The translations under genes and the position numbers were made by a program. From the IMG/VR virus record IMGVR_UViG_3300027747_001183: a stretch of DNA of 64,000 nucleotides. One strand, 5' to 3'. The notes under the pieces were generated by a model. It did no database searches and was not told the DNA's origin. It saw nothing but the letters and a program-made list of their open reading frames with translations. Shown piece after piece: positions 54,501-63,795 of this stretch (positions are counted from its first letter, which is position 1; each line of letters starts with the position of its first letter). The stretch is from a virus.

Positions 54501-54693
54501 GGTCACCTTCGTATGATGCAGTCTTTGGATCTTCCCTGCGCTTGTTGCCGTTGAATACGTGCTCTTGATCAGTAACGCCTGGAACTAAGTTCTTGTGATC
54601 GACCGAGTGAAGAGCCTTGAAGTTCTTCTCACCCTGTGATAGAGGCTGCTGAGTCTCTTTGAGAGACTTCTTTAAGAGGTCATACATTTTCAT
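51592..54693 (-). CDS. Large modular prohead core/internal protein (~1030 aa)
   Basis: Located in gp67/68 slot; repeated EEVEQVNE/EDVELDEA/EEVELYEA linkers between basic His-rich modules; likely start MKMYD (54693). Confidence 0.75.
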   Translation of the reverse strand: MKMYDLLKKSLKETQQPLSQGEKNFKALHSVDHKNLVPGVTDQEHVFNGNKRREDPKTASYEGDQSAQAYDRGLKLAQTLKKIHNEANMSHSLGDHKELRNYAREHGGIDRHDMLQAAHHIEHGHLEGLKNHLAKMDTDPRDFVLGHVHKKHWSGLGYTSMKKEAELDEAKSTMSKPKLYSDTMKKAPEFGSPNIVKMMRDEKARKAAMKNEDVELDEASRTDTYIGTIKKDDPDYDEKLADMKSKAVGGHRVRGRTPLDKFKHLYKRGGKHYRMTSQDIKPEHSARVDVYSRKPMKNEEVEQVNEMGKKGTFRPVSPGVQNVRTARAATRGDEALNTKYHYGTTKGGVSPIAGNRRKQGFGSVANFNSAHAALTSKRMGGNSRAQDSEVHKGWGKTVNQVPAPNPEKQAAREKLQRTPFYALSKGEQEKDTVLRKGITGTIDEAHHVGDLVKIHAPGSASHGHKGIITKILPNGDHEVDFGGFITGTQSRITTMGGTKTIVEPSALRRIKEEVELYEATVPDAHKKAMRDRYGPGRIRADIPGHTISHTNKYGEENTHLYYIRNKKQPIGRHIGTISVAEEVEQVNENIDKKIASLQNQYNRHDVLYGRAQQARRNRGSRTMSPREEGLRNKRNTILDQIRDLERQKKESSTKQNEEVEQVNEVLTKKTPIGTWISDFVHSKASNLAGKSKKERMKQAMAAYYSKQRNEAYEDNDYVSDEVSMVRTELKAICAKAEDMMNNMSQSMHIEPWVQSKIASAKEMISGVHDYMVYGDKDKTSDSAPSYSQSGKMASSYGNFMNRMGEDYVVEKKGDDEEESDRVERAANNNIINQMHKAPVNGMHKLTFENGEKHLVDPKHVAKALEIHANTTVAMGKKEEVQNALAHSHEHFMHVVKHGKPPAVEKKPRVSLGSMTKRSIRNEDTDVTTKDSARGPMIIRVFPNGRPKFVRAAKREIKVEELVGGQKNLDMNRDEKLTKIDFKLLRSKKKKMAEEVLERLYDTLSEENRVKFDDMLGSQDGIDTLLAFAEEHGI
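52702..53800. repeat. Three identical 25-nt direct repeats TTCATTGACTTGCTCGACTTCTTCA
   Basis: Copies at 52702-52726, 52930-52954 and 53776-53800; encode EEVEQVNE on - strand. Confidence 0.9.
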
Positions 54694-54907
54694 CTGATTG
54701 TTCTTCCTGATCTGTGGTTTCTTGTTCCTCAGAATCGACTGCTTCTTGCTGACCGTCAGTAGCACCAAAGATGCTAGCGGCTACATCAGGAAACATCGCG
54801 TCAACTGCGTCGGCCACCTTAGATGTCATGATATCGTCGATCGCGGTCTTTAGTCCGACTGCGTCCTTGTTGAATGCGCTAGTAAAGATGTCAGCGATAG
54901 TAGTCAT
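54680..54907 (-). CDS. Small acidic prohead core protein (gp67-like)
   Basis: Directly downstream of portal; acidic; TATAAATA at 54932-54939. Confidence 0.6.
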   Translation of the reverse strand: MTTIADIFTSAFNKDAVGLKTAIDDIMTSKVADAVDAMFPDVAASIFGATDGQQEAVDSEEQETTDQEEQSDENV

Positions 54908-54940
54908 AATTCCTCCAAAATCTGCATATCATATTTATAA

Positions 54941-56557
54941 TTAGTAGGCTTCGCCGGACCCAGACACCTTAGTACCCTGTTCTACGCCTGTAGTCTGGGA
55001 TTGGTTTCCGGTTCCGTCTAGTTCTGGTCTATTTGCGATGGGCGGCGGCGGTGGAGCCATACCTGGGTCCTGAGGAGGAAGCATTGGAACTTTCTCTTCT
55101 GCCATCTCGTCCATCATGTCTGCTATCTCCTGCTCGCTCTGGAACAGGATGTTCTTGCGTACCCACAGGTCTGAATAGTAGCGTCCAATGTAGGGCATGA
55201 CTTGGTTCAGAAGCTGCAGCCTGTTCTGCATGATCTCGATCTCTTTGAACTCTTCAAAGTGGTTGTCCACAGTAAAGTCAAAGTGAATCTGATTCTCTAG
55301 CTCTTTCCAGTCTTCCTCAGAAACTATACCCTTAAGGACTAGCTGCTTCTCGAGGGCTTTTAAGAACAGCATAGAGAACCTGCGACGCAGGCGTCCTACA
55401 AACTTAGTAAACTTTACCTCGTCTCTCGAGATCTCAGACGCCCTGCCGAGGATGTTTGCGGACTCTTGGTTGAGACGGGAAACTGGAACGTTGAGTGCCT
55501 GATAGAGCTTCTTCTGGAAGTACTCTACGTCGGTCATCTCGCCGAGGTTCTGCCCTGCTGGGAGGGTAGTGATCTCGGTGCCCTTGTTGCCTTCCCTTCT
55601 CGGAAGCCAGTAGTCCTCGAGCATCGTCATGTACTTACGATCGTCGCGCACCTCACCCGAAGTGGCGTCGTATACTAGACGGTTCTTGTGGCGGACCATC
55701 ATGTCGCGAAGGTACTGCTCAGCCTTTACCTTAGGTAGATTTCCAACGTCAATATAGAATATGCGACGCTCAGGAGCGCGAGAAATACGATAGATAACCG
55801 TAGCATCTTCGAGCGTCCTTAGCTGGTTTAGCGGCTTGATAGCCTTCTGCACGTACGAGTAGACCAGCTGGTTGTTCTTATCAGTCAGCCCAGAAGTAAC
55901 GTGGATTATTGAGTCGATTGATATTCTTAGACCGCCGGTAGAGTTGTTGTCCTGCGCTATGCCCGCATTTCCGGGTGCTGCCATGAAAGTGCGGTCTGAG
56001 TATACGTAGTACTCACGCTTTACTTTCTGGACTACGATCGGCCCCTTGGCTTCTTTCTTTACTTCGCGTATCTTCCTGACCTTTCTAGGGTCTAGATAGC
56101 GAAGCTCTTGGATTCCAAGGCGTGGATTCTTCTCGTCAATGATGAGGTGATAGTACATACGGCCGTCGACGTACCATCTCTTGAAGAGCTCGTACGCCTC
56201 GATCTGAAAGTTAAAGAGCTTGAGGATAGTCTTGAACTCTTCCCTTATCTTCTGCTTGATAGGGTCGCCGTATTCTACCTTGTCGAGATTAATGTCGATT
56301 ATCTTCTCGGCGTCGGTGTCGATAGCTTCGTTGACGATGTCGTCGATGGCTGCTTCGAGTTCAGGCTGTAGTGAGATCTCTCTGTACTTAGCTACTAGCT
56401 CAGCCTCAGTGCGGGCGGTGCCGTCTAAGTCAATGAAGGTGCCGTAGGATCCACCCGCAGCAACGACGACTGCGCCGTCGTCCTTTATCTCTGGGGCAAA
56501 GGACTCTAACGGAGTCTCGTCTTTTCTCTTGATTTCAAATCCAAATAACTGCATCAC
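54941..56557 (-). CDS. gp20: Portal protein
   Basis: LFGFEI, WYVDGR, IYRISRAPERRIFYIDVGNLP, EDYWLPRREG.KGTEITTLP. Confidence 0.97.
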   Translation of the reverse strand: MMQLFGFEIKRKDETPLESFAPEIKDDGAVVVAAGGSYGTFIDLDGTARTEAELVAKYREISLQPELEAAIDDIVNEAIDTDAEKIIDINLDKVEYGDPIKQKIREEFKTILKLFNFQIEAYELFKRWYVDGRMYYHLIIDEKNPRLGIQELRYLDPRKVRKIREVKKEAKGPIVVQKVKREYYVYSDRTFMAAPGNAGIAQDNNSTGGLRISIDSIIHVTSGLTDKNNQLVYSYVQKAIKPLNQLRTLEDATVIYRISRAPERRIFYIDVGNLPKVKAEQYLRDMMVRHKNRLVYDATSGEVRDDRKYMTMLEDYWLPRREGNKGTEITTLPAGQNLGEMTDVEYFQKKLYQALNVPVSRLNQESANILGRASEISRDEVKFTKFVGRLRRRFSMLFLKALEKQLVLKGIVSEEDWKELENQIHFDFTVDNHFEEFKEIEIMQNRLQLLNQVMPYIGRYYSDLWVRKNILFQSEQEIADMMDEMAEEKVPMLPPQDPGMAPPPPPIANRPELDGTGNQSQTTGVEQGTKVSGSGEAY

Positions 56558-56570
56558 AATTCCTTAAGAA

Positions 56571-56602
56571 AGAGCTGCTATAAGTTTATTTATAGCAGCT
56601 CT
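56571..56602 (-). promoter_or_regulatory. Hairpin containing late promoter TATAAATA
   Basis: AGAGCTGCTATAA...TTATAGCAGCTCT inverted repeat; TATAAATA at 56587-56594. Confidence 0.6.
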
Positions 56603-56608
56603 ATTAAC

Positions 56609-57160
56609 TTAAGCCCCGCCGGCGTTGCCGGTAATACCACCGACTACTTCGAAGTTATCGTAGAGGAAGGTTACGTTGAACTCTTCTATCTGGTCCTGTG
56701 CGTTCCAGTCAAGTCCAATGTTTGATACTTCAGTTGGGAAGATTCCGTTGAACTGATAGATCCTGAGAACTTCACCGGCTTTGCCGAACTGAGTGACAGT
56801 AGCCTGTGACTTGTAGAGTGCAGGTGCACCCGAACCAAGCTGGCTGATGTTACTCTCGTAGGCGTTGATCGAGTTGTTCCACTTTTCCATAGCATCGCGG
56901 ATCAGGAAGTCTTCGTCGTTGATGATCTGCACAGCCCATGGCTGGAAAGTACGGTCACCGGCGATGTAGATCTTACGGCCGAAGTATGGTACTGCGATGT
57001 TGCCGAGGGTGGAGGCAGGAATCTCTGCCCTCACCGTCAGGAATGGGACCTTAAGGTCCGCGATTGGAGCTACCGGGTTGGTGATCGTTACCTGGAATAG
57101 GGCAGGACGAGCACCACCTAGAGGTAGCTGAGCTCTCATGTCATTGATTGAAAAGGCCAT
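56609..57160 (-). CDS. gp19: Tail tube protein
   Basis: GGARP.LF.V, PYFGR...AGDRTF..W...IINDEDF.IR...EKW. Confidence 0.95.
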   Translation of the reverse strand: MAFSINDMRAQLPLGGARPALFQVTITNPVAPIADLKVPFLTVRAEIPASTLGNIAVPYFGRKIYIAGDRTFQPWAVQIINDEDFLIRDAMEKWNNSINAYESNISQLGSGAPALYKSQATVTQFGKAGEVLRIYQFNGIFPTEVSNIGLDWNAQDQIEEFNVTFLYDNFEVVGGITGNAGGA

Positions 57161-57174
57161 CTCTCATTCTCCCC

Positions 57175-59199
57175 TTAAAACTTGCCAACGATTTCATCGA
57201 AGCTTACACCGGTGCGTACTGCAACGAAGTTAAGCTGGATGAAGTTGATTGAACGTGCTGGCTTGATATAGATGTCGCCCCAGAACTCATTGCGATCGAT
57301 ACGCTCCGAAGTATTGTTCGAGCCGTCGCATACTACCTTGAATTCGTAGATGCCGCGGCGACCCTTGATGTCCCTGAGGTAAGGCTCAACTAGATTGCGG
57401 AAAGTAGCCCTAGTGAACTCGTCGTTGAATTCAAACAGGGTAAACTTAGCCGAAGTAGAGATGGCCTTCTCTAGAACGATGAAGAGGCGACGAACGTTGA
57501 TGCGATCGAATGCCGATGGCTTGCCGAGTAGGGTCTTGTCTCCGTAGAGAACCACGCCTTCACCAGGGAAGTTAACGACTGGGTTAACGTCTGCCTTGTA
57601 GAGTGTATCCCTATCAGACTTTCCAGGGTTGAATGCTAGCTTCACGACGTTCTTTATCTGACCGCGGTTGAAGCCGGCTGGAGAGAACCAAGGATCGCGA
57701 GTATTGTCCGTGCGGACGATAGTGCCGGCAACGTCACCGTTTAGTGGTACCCAGCGATATACGTCATTGTACTTATCGTACATGTACTTATATCCAGAGT
57801 CCATTACTGCGTATGACGTGTTATGGATTGAGTTTCTGAAGCTTACGATCGATGACGGAGTATCGCCAGCGTTGTTTACAACAGTCTCAAGGTTTGGAGA
57901 CACCATTACTAGGCAGTCCTTACGAACTTCAGCGATGTTGTCGATAAGGTAGTTGGCTAGACCTTCTCCGCTTACGCCGTACTGATTCTTACCAGTAAGG
58001 ATTAGGGAGATGTCGACCTGCTCATTCTTTGCAAACTTGTCATATGCAGCTGCCGCCTGTGCTAGAGTCTGCGTAGTCTCAGTGATGCCGTCAGCGCCGG
58101 TGCGGAACGACTGAGTGTATGGACCAACTGTGATTGCAGTCATGTTTGCTGCAGTGTTGGAAGATACACCGGAACGTGCATTCGAGAACCAAGCGTACTT
58201 AGAACCGCTGTTGATTACGTTCTGGTAGAAGTTAGAACCACCCTGCTCTCTTCTAGCGTCAGATGCCCTAGATACCTTCTGCCATACTTCTAGTACCTGT
58301 CCAGGTGTTCCAGTAAACATGCCGTCTTCGTCAGCGATGACGATGTGCATCTCGTCTCCAGAACCGCCCATGTTTGCAGTATAGGCTGAAGTGCCGGGAG
58401 CGCCGGTTACGTAGTTAAAGTATTCCCAGAGCCTAGTAGCAGAGATAGCAGCGCTGTTTGAAGCTAGGTTATACGTAGTCGAAAGAGATACGTTTGCCTG
58501 AGCAGTGAATACAGTCGAGTTAGCAGTAACCGATGGGGTGCCGATCGAAGTGATCCTGATATTCTGGAAACCGATCGAGCTGTTGCCGCCCTGAATGTAG
58601 TCGCCGACCATAAGCTTACCTACGATAGTGTTTGCCATCGTATTAGCGTTGGTGTTTGAAGTAGCGCTGGTGACTACGATCTGGAGAGTATTGCTGTTGG
58701 TGGTAAAGTTGAATGAAGCTACGGAGTCTGTGTTTCCCGAAAGAGAAGCTGAGAACGCGTTAGATGACTCACAAGTAGAGATCTTTAGAGAGTTGCCGAC
58801 GTCGCCAGCCCACTTGGCAAGCCAGTAGGTGCTCGAGTCGAAAGAACCAATCTTGTTTTCATAGTCAGTGCGGTTCTTGACCTGCTGACCAGAAAAGCTT
58901 GCAGTAGCATTTACTGCTGCAGCGGCGTTGTATGAGTTAGCTGCAATCGACCTTGAAACGTAGAGACGGTTTCCGTATGAAAGGAAGTTAGCTCCGGTGA
59001 ACCAAGTCTCATAGTTGTTGGAAGTTGGACGTCCAAAGTTAGATACGAGTTCATCTTCAGAAGATACTAAGATTCTTTCTAGAGCTGGACCCCATCTGAA
59101 GACGCCGGCGATTGCTCCCTCAGTCGTAGAGACTGCTGGGACAATGGTTGTTAAGTCAACTTCTGTGACATTAACGCCAGGACTTACTTGAAATGGCAT
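57175..59199 (-). CDS. gp18: Tail sheath protein
   Basis: SPGV.V.EVDLT, PWFSPAG.NRG, FDRINVRRLF, KPARSINFI.LNF; late promoter at 59243-59250. Confidence 0.97.
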   Translation of the reverse strand: MPFQVSPGVNVTEVDLTTIVPAVSTTEGAIAGVFRWGPALERILVSSEDELVSNFGRPTSNNYETWFTGANFLSYGNRLYVSRSIAANSYNAAAAVNATASFSGQQVKNRTDYENKIGSFDSSTYWLAKWAGDVGNSLKISTCESSNAFSASLSGNTDSVASFNFTTNSNTLQIVVTSATSNTNANTMANTIVGKLMVGDYIQGGNSSIGFQNIRITSIGTPSVTANSTVFTAQANVSLSTTYNLASNSAAISATRLWEYFNYVTGAPGTSAYTANMGGSGDEMHIVIADEDGMFTGTPGQVLEVWQKVSRASDARREQGGSNFYQNVINSGSKYAWFSNARSGVSSNTAANMTAITVGPYTQSFRTGADGITETTQTLAQAAAAYDKFAKNEQVDISLILTGKNQYGVSGEGLANYLIDNIAEVRKDCLVMVSPNLETVVNNAGDTPSSIVSFRNSIHNTSYAVMDSGYKYMYDKYNDVYRWVPLNGDVAGTIVRTDNTRDPWFSPAGFNRGQIKNVVKLAFNPGKSDRDTLYKADVNPVVNFPGEGVVLYGDKTLLGKPSAFDRINVRRLFIVLEKAISTSAKFTLFEFNDEFTRATFRNLVEPYLRDIKGRRGIYEFKVVCDGSNNTSERIDRNEFWGDIYIKPARSINFIQLNFVAVRTGVSFDEIVGKF

Positions 59200-59255
59200 T
59201 GTTTTCTCCTTTATTTCATAAACAATCTACAAATCGTATTCTTATTTATAAAATG

Positions 59256-60863
59256 TCAGTTTAGAAGAAGCTTTTCAAATTCATAGTCACTTACAGTCTG
59301 CACGACTTCCTCAGGCATTCCATCATCGGACCAACCAAAAGGCGTCATTTCTTCCTCGATTTGCCTCTCGTTGTCCTCAAGGATCTTCTTTCTGACATCT
59401 GTATCAGATATTTCTTTGAAGTACTCTTGACTTACCATCCACGCAAAGAGTACTAGACACATTACCAAGTCGTCGTGGTGACCTTCCTCGGCATTGTAGG
59501 AAGTACCGTCCACGACGTATGTCGATAGCTGATTGATTACGTCGTAGTCGTTCAAGATGATCTGGGTATTCTCGATCAGTGACTTTATGTTCGAGCAGCC
59601 GATCCTCTTGGTAGACTTAGTCGTCTTTAATCCTAGCCTGTTCTGCGTTCCGCCCGCTCCTAGGACTGTGCCCTTCCTGCCAGAAGTGCGAGTCATGACT
59701 ACGTTCTCGTACTCTAGATCTTGGTGAAGGATATTGACGACCTGAGACCCAGTATTTACCTCTACGAGAATGGCCGCGTCGTTGTAGTACCTGCCTATGT
59801 TGTCAAGCAGAGTAGGGTACAGAAGCTCGGACATGGTGTTGTTCTTGTAGGTAGCGACTACCTGATACGGGACCTGAGAAACGTCTACCATGACGAAGGC
59901 AGAGCTGTCAAGACCTAGACCCTCAGAGACGTCTACTGCGAGAACGTACTGGTGACCCTTTATAGGCTCCTCGTATATCTTGACTCCGTACTTCTCTGAC
60001 ACGGGCTTGAAGAATACCAGCCTCGACAGGACTGACGGGTGGATGAGCGTGTTGGAAGAACCTAAGAACTCGCACTCGAACTCCTGCCTGAACTGCTCGG
60101 CCGAGGTGTTGCGGATCATGGACTCCTTCCATGCAGCGTCTCGACCCGGAACGTCTGACCAGTGAACGTCTACCCTAGAATACTCGTTCCTCTCCTGCTC
60201 AGACTCTACCCAGATCTTGTAGAATAGGTCCATGCCGTTCGGCGTAGACGTGATGATGAGCTTAGACGACTGACCGGAAGTAATGGTAGGGAAGACCGAG
60301 GCGAAGAAGCTGTCTTGGATGTTGCGCGGTACGAACGCGAACTCGTCAAGGTAGATCAGGTTGTATGACTGACCGCGGACTGCAGAAGAAGAAGTAGCGG
60401 ACGCTAGTATCTTGGAGCCGTTCTCGAGCTCGATATTGCCCTTATTCCAGTACACTACGCCCTGCTGCAGCCACTTTGGAAGCCACTCGTACGCCAGCTG
60501 AAGACGAGCTAGGATCTCTCGAGCTTGCACCATCTTATTCGCGAGCACTGCTACGTTGTAGTTCTCGTTGAATAGTATCTTGTGAAGTAGGTAGCCGACG
60601 ACGCCAGTGGTCTTACCTACCTGGCGCGGCATCTTGCAGATGGTGAAGCGAGTGCTCCCGAACTGCTTGAACATCTTCTTCTGATACTCAAACGGCTTGA
60701 ACGGTATGAGACCCTTGTCGACCGATACGATCTTTACGTAGGTTTCACAGAAGTACTCTACGCTCTGCGCGCACTTCATGTACTCTTGAAGCTGTTCTTT
60801 TGTAAAGCTTAGCTTGACGTCTTTGTTCTTTAGGTTCTTATTACCTAAGTAGAAGTCATTCAT
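59256..60863 (-). CDS. gp17: Terminase large subunit
   Basis: YLGN.NLK, PRQVGKTT, YLDEFAF, TSTPNG, HDDLVM. Confidence 0.96.
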   Translation of the reverse strand: MNDFYLGNKNLKNKDVKLSFTKEQLQEYMKCAQSVEYFCETYVKIVSVDKGLIPFKPFEYQKKMFKQFGSTRFTICKMPRQVGKTTGVVGYLLHKILFNENYNVAVLANKMVQAREILARLQLAYEWLPKWLQQGVVYWNKGNIELENGSKILASATSSSAVRGQSYNLIYLDEFAFVPRNIQDSFFASVFPTITSGQSSKLIITSTPNGMDLFYKIWVESEQERNEYSRVDVHWSDVPGRDAAWKESMIRNTSAEQFRQEFECEFLGSSNTLIHPSVLSRLVFFKPVSEKYGVKIYEEPIKGHQYVLAVDVSEGLGLDSSAFVMVDVSQVPYQVVATYKNNTMSELLYPTLLDNIGRYYNDAAILVEVNTGSQVVNILHQDLEYENVVMTRTSGRKGTVLGAGGTQNRLGLKTTKSTKRIGCSNIKSLIENTQIILNDYDVINQLSTYVVDGTSYNAEEGHHDDLVMCLVLFAWMVSQEYFKEISDTDVRKKILEDNERQIEEEMTPFGWSDDGMPEEVVQTVSDYEFEKLLLN

Positions 60864-61242
60864 TGTTGGTCTTCATCATCTTGAGAAGGTCGGCAGTCGT
60901 CAAGAATAGGTTGTTGTTGGTGACGTTCTTCTGCTCTGGCTCGTCAGTCTTCTGAAGCTCTTTGTTCTTCTTCTGAAGCTCAAGCAGGTCCTTGTTAGCG
61001 TCTACCATGGTCTTGATGAGGTTGGTTACCACCTCGAATGCTCTCGGCGACTCTGACTGCTTGGCAATGTCCATGATGTGTTCGAGCGCGTCTGAGCCCT
61101 TCTCTATAACGTCGTAGAGATTCTTCCTAGCATACTCGTAGTCGTCGTTTTGAATCTTTGGAACCAGATCACTTATCTTTGCCCTCTCAGGCATGAGCGG
61201 CAAGTTGAGTGAAGTTCCTATAATGTCTTTTTTATGGGCCAT
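60856..61242 (-). CDS. gp16: Terminase small subunit
   Basis: DYEYARKNL, ESPRAFEV, VTNNNLF..T.DL. Confidence 0.9.
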   Translation of the reverse strand: MAHKKDIIGTSLNLPLMPERAKISDLVPKIQNDDYEYARKNLYDVIEKGSDALEHIMDIAKQSESPRAFEVVTNLIKTMVDANKDLLELQKKNKELQKTDEPEQKNVTNNNLFLTTADLLKMMKTNNE

Positions 61243-62056
61243 TGTTAGTTGTCGGGAAGTCCGTTTGTGTTATGATGTAGTCATAGTTACTAGTCTCATC
61301 AATAGACTGGTAAGATACAGTATTAGCCAGAAGAATAGTCGGATTACCATTTGCGTCTAGTCCGGGCTGCGTAGTAGTCTGAGTTATTGCTATGTTGGCT
61401 TCCATCGGCGCAAATGAATTGATCGTGGCTATCTTGATCACCTTAGCCTGCGAAGTAGGACCGTAGAGGTATGCCTTCATCGTGAAATCGATTCTCCAGA
61501 CGAGTGCTCGCCTCTCTGTGAATGCGGCATCATATGTGTCTTGATACTGAACTGACTTTATGATGACCGGTATGTCTGTATAGCCATCAAAGTCTTGAAG
61601 AAGCTTTGCAGATACAGTCCACTCCGGAGTAAAGTAAGGAAGGATCTGCTCGACGATTCTAGTGCCGTCTTCAGTCTCCTTGACCATGATAGATAGTTCA
61701 AAGTCTATGTCGTAGGGTACCGGAGTATAGACTTTCTGAAGTACGCTGTTTCCGTTGACATTGTTCTTGGTGTAGTACGGGACTGTAGTCTGGAGCTTGC
61801 GATCAGAAGCGTAGGATATGCCGGTAATCTCGAACCCCATCCTTGGAAGTGAGATTGCCGTCTTTGCTATACCGGTAGGGTTTGCCTCTACGCGCGCTAG
61901 GAACTTATCGCGAGGACCGTACGCAATTGGTACCGTGAAGGTACTGTTTACTGAGCCATCGGTGTTGTGTCTCTCGACCTTGATGTTGTTGAACAGGGTG
62001 CCGAAGATGACTACGTACTTCCTAAAGAGTGAGTGATAGTAGGGAACTGAAAGCAT
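61232..62056 (-). CDS. gp15: Tail sheath stabiliser/completion protein
   Basis: FGTLFNNI, VPIAYGP..KFLAR, LPRMGFE, EQILPYF.P. Confidence 0.93.
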   Translation of the reverse strand: MLSVPYYHSLFRKYVVIFGTLFNNIKVERHNTDGSVNSTFTVPIAYGPRDKFLARVEANPTGIAKTAISLPRMGFEITGISYASDRKLQTTVPYYTKNNVNGNSVLQKVYTPVPYDIDFELSIMVKETEDGTRIVEQILPYFTPEWTVSAKLLQDFDGYTDIPVIIKSVQYQDTYDAAFTERRALVWRIDFTMKAYLYGPTSQAKVIKIATINSFAPMEANIAITQTTTQPGLDANGNPTILLANTVSYQSIDETSNYDYIITQTDFPTTNNGP

Positions 62057-62784
62057 TAGAGTTTATTTCCTGTCTCACCGAATGGATCAAACTCAGTAAA
62101 GTCTATGAAAGATGCTGACTCTTTGTCAAATACTTCGTTTTCAGCCTGTGGATCAATTATGTCTATAGCATAGGTCTCTAGCAGAATAGGCTCGCCTGCT
62201 TCTGTAAGAATAGGAAAACCATTTTCAGTAGTGATCTCGTAAGATGCAGAGTCCAGAGTCAGCGCATTGTATACGTTATCGATCTCTGCTATTCCTGTGC
62301 TGAACTTATCGCTGTTAGCCTCGTACAGCTCACAGGTTAGGTCGTAGCTCTGCAGCGATCCCATCTGAAAGAATACTGGCTTAACGTCTGCGAGCTTGAT
62401 CTGGTATAGAGACTGAGTAAGTGGGAACCATATCAAGTCGCCTTCGTTTGGTCTAGTCTCATAGTCGTAGTTGCCGACTTCAGAAGCAAAAGACCTTCTA
62501 GACATAGTGAATACTATCTGGTCCCTTACCTGTATTCCGAACTTAGACAGGAACTCACCATCGCCCTCGAATCCGTTGACGTTCTTTATATAGACCTCGA
62601 CGAGGTATGAAGATTCAAATGTAAAGTAGGAGCCTTCCCTGAATACGTCGTCTTTATTGTTGACTTTTCTAGGGATGTAGTAGACGTCGATACCGTACAT
62701 CTTGATAGACTCTTCTATCAAGTCTTCAATCAAGTTCTGCTCAGGCGTAGAGCTAAAGTTATTAAAAAAGAAATTAGAAGCCAT
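62056..62784 (-). CDS. gp14: Neck protein
   Basis: EQNL.EDL..ESIK.YG.DVYYIPR, SKFG, RPNEGDLI.FP, FFQ.G. Confidence 0.93.
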   Translation of the reverse strand: MASNFFFNNFSSTPEQNLIEDLIEESIKMYGIDVYYIPRKVNNKDDVFREGSYFTFESSYLVEVYIKNVNGFEGDGEFLSKFGIQVRDQIVFTMSRRSFASEVGNYDYETRPNEGDLIWFPLTQSLYQIKLADVKPVFFQMGSLQSYDLTCELYEANSDKFSTGIAEIDNVYNALTLDSASYEITTENGFPILTEAGEPILLETYAIDIIDPQAENEVFDKESASFIDFTEFDPFGETGNKL

Positions 62785-62786
62785 AG

Positions 62787-63770
62787 TCAGCCTATCATGT
62801 CATAGGCTGGAAGTGAGTAGCCGCTCGACATCTCAGCCTCTAACTTCTCTATCTCCGCTTCTGCATCGTTGTATATCTTCTCACCGTTGAAAGTCACACC
62901 GCCCGGAAGCTGCATGCCGTTGAACTTGGTGAGGTTGGACCCCCACTGCTTCTTGATAAGCTGAGTAGCGTATCTCTGAAGCCAGCGATCGTTCCATATC
63001 TTTGGAAACTTGAGCGGGTCGATTATCTGATAAGCTACTACTAGTAAGAACTGTCCGGCCTGTACTTTCTGCCAGTTGACGTCGATGTAGAACCTGTTAG
63101 TGTTCCTGTTGTGTCTGATCGGCTGCTTGCCTACGAGTAGGTCTTCTAGCAGCTGGATCTGCTGGAACGCCATGTAGTACGGAACCATCGACTGATACGT
63201 CAGAGTATAGAGATCGTTGAGCGCTATCTGGTAGCGAATGTTGAAGATGTTGTTAGTCGCTATGTAGTCGCCGATAGGAAAGATGTCTACAGCGCCGATG
63301 ATGTTGTCTGGAAGAACGATGTATCCACCCTTGTATCCGGTAAGCACTGCACCGGATCCCGTAGAGGTGTTTACAGTGACGACGGGGTCTAGCTGGTACT
63401 TAGAACCGATGCTGGTGATGTTGATTTTAGTGATAGTACCCTGACCGTTGGTAGTAAGCGTAGCAGTAGCCCCGCTTCCCACTACGTCTCCGCGACCTCT
63501 GCTGATAGTTATCGTGTCGGTGTTTGAATAGCCGGTACCGCCGGAAGAGATGATGATCTCTTTAAGAACGTCTGGAAAGTCGCTGGCCTGATAGTTGTAC
63601 CTATAGTACTGCTTCTCTACGCCGTCAAAGTGATAGTCGTAGTAGTACAAGAGAGCTTGGTCGACGCGGTCGTCTACCTGATCTATGTCGACGTTTATGT
63701 CGATGACTGGTTTGCCGAGAGCTCTCAGGCAGTATTCCTTGAACTCGTCTCTATTAGTAGGTGTGGCCAT
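62787..63770 (-). CDS. gp13: Neck protein with inserted beta-rich domain
   Basis: YCLRALGKPVI.INV...Q..DR, WND.WL..YA...IKKQWG.NL.KF.G.QLPGGV. Confidence 0.93.
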   Translation of the reverse strand: MATPTNRDEFKEYCLRALGKPVIDINVDIDQVDDRVDQALLYYYDYHFDGVEKQYYRYNYQASDFPDVLKEIIISSGGTGYSNTDTITISRGRGDVVGSGATATLTTNGQGTITKINITSIGSKYQLDPVVTVNTSTGSGAVLTGYKGGYIVLPDNIIGAVDIFPIGDYIATNNIFNIRYQIALNDLYTLTYQSMVPYYMAFQQIQLLEDLLVGKQPIRHNRNTNRFYIDVNWQKVQAGQFLLVVAYQIIDPLKFPKIWNDRWLQRYATQLIKKQWGSNLTKFNGMQLPGGVTFNGEKIYNDAEAEIEKLEAEMSSGYSLPAYDMIG

Positions 63771-63795
63771 GGCAGATATCCTTTTTTAGTATTTA

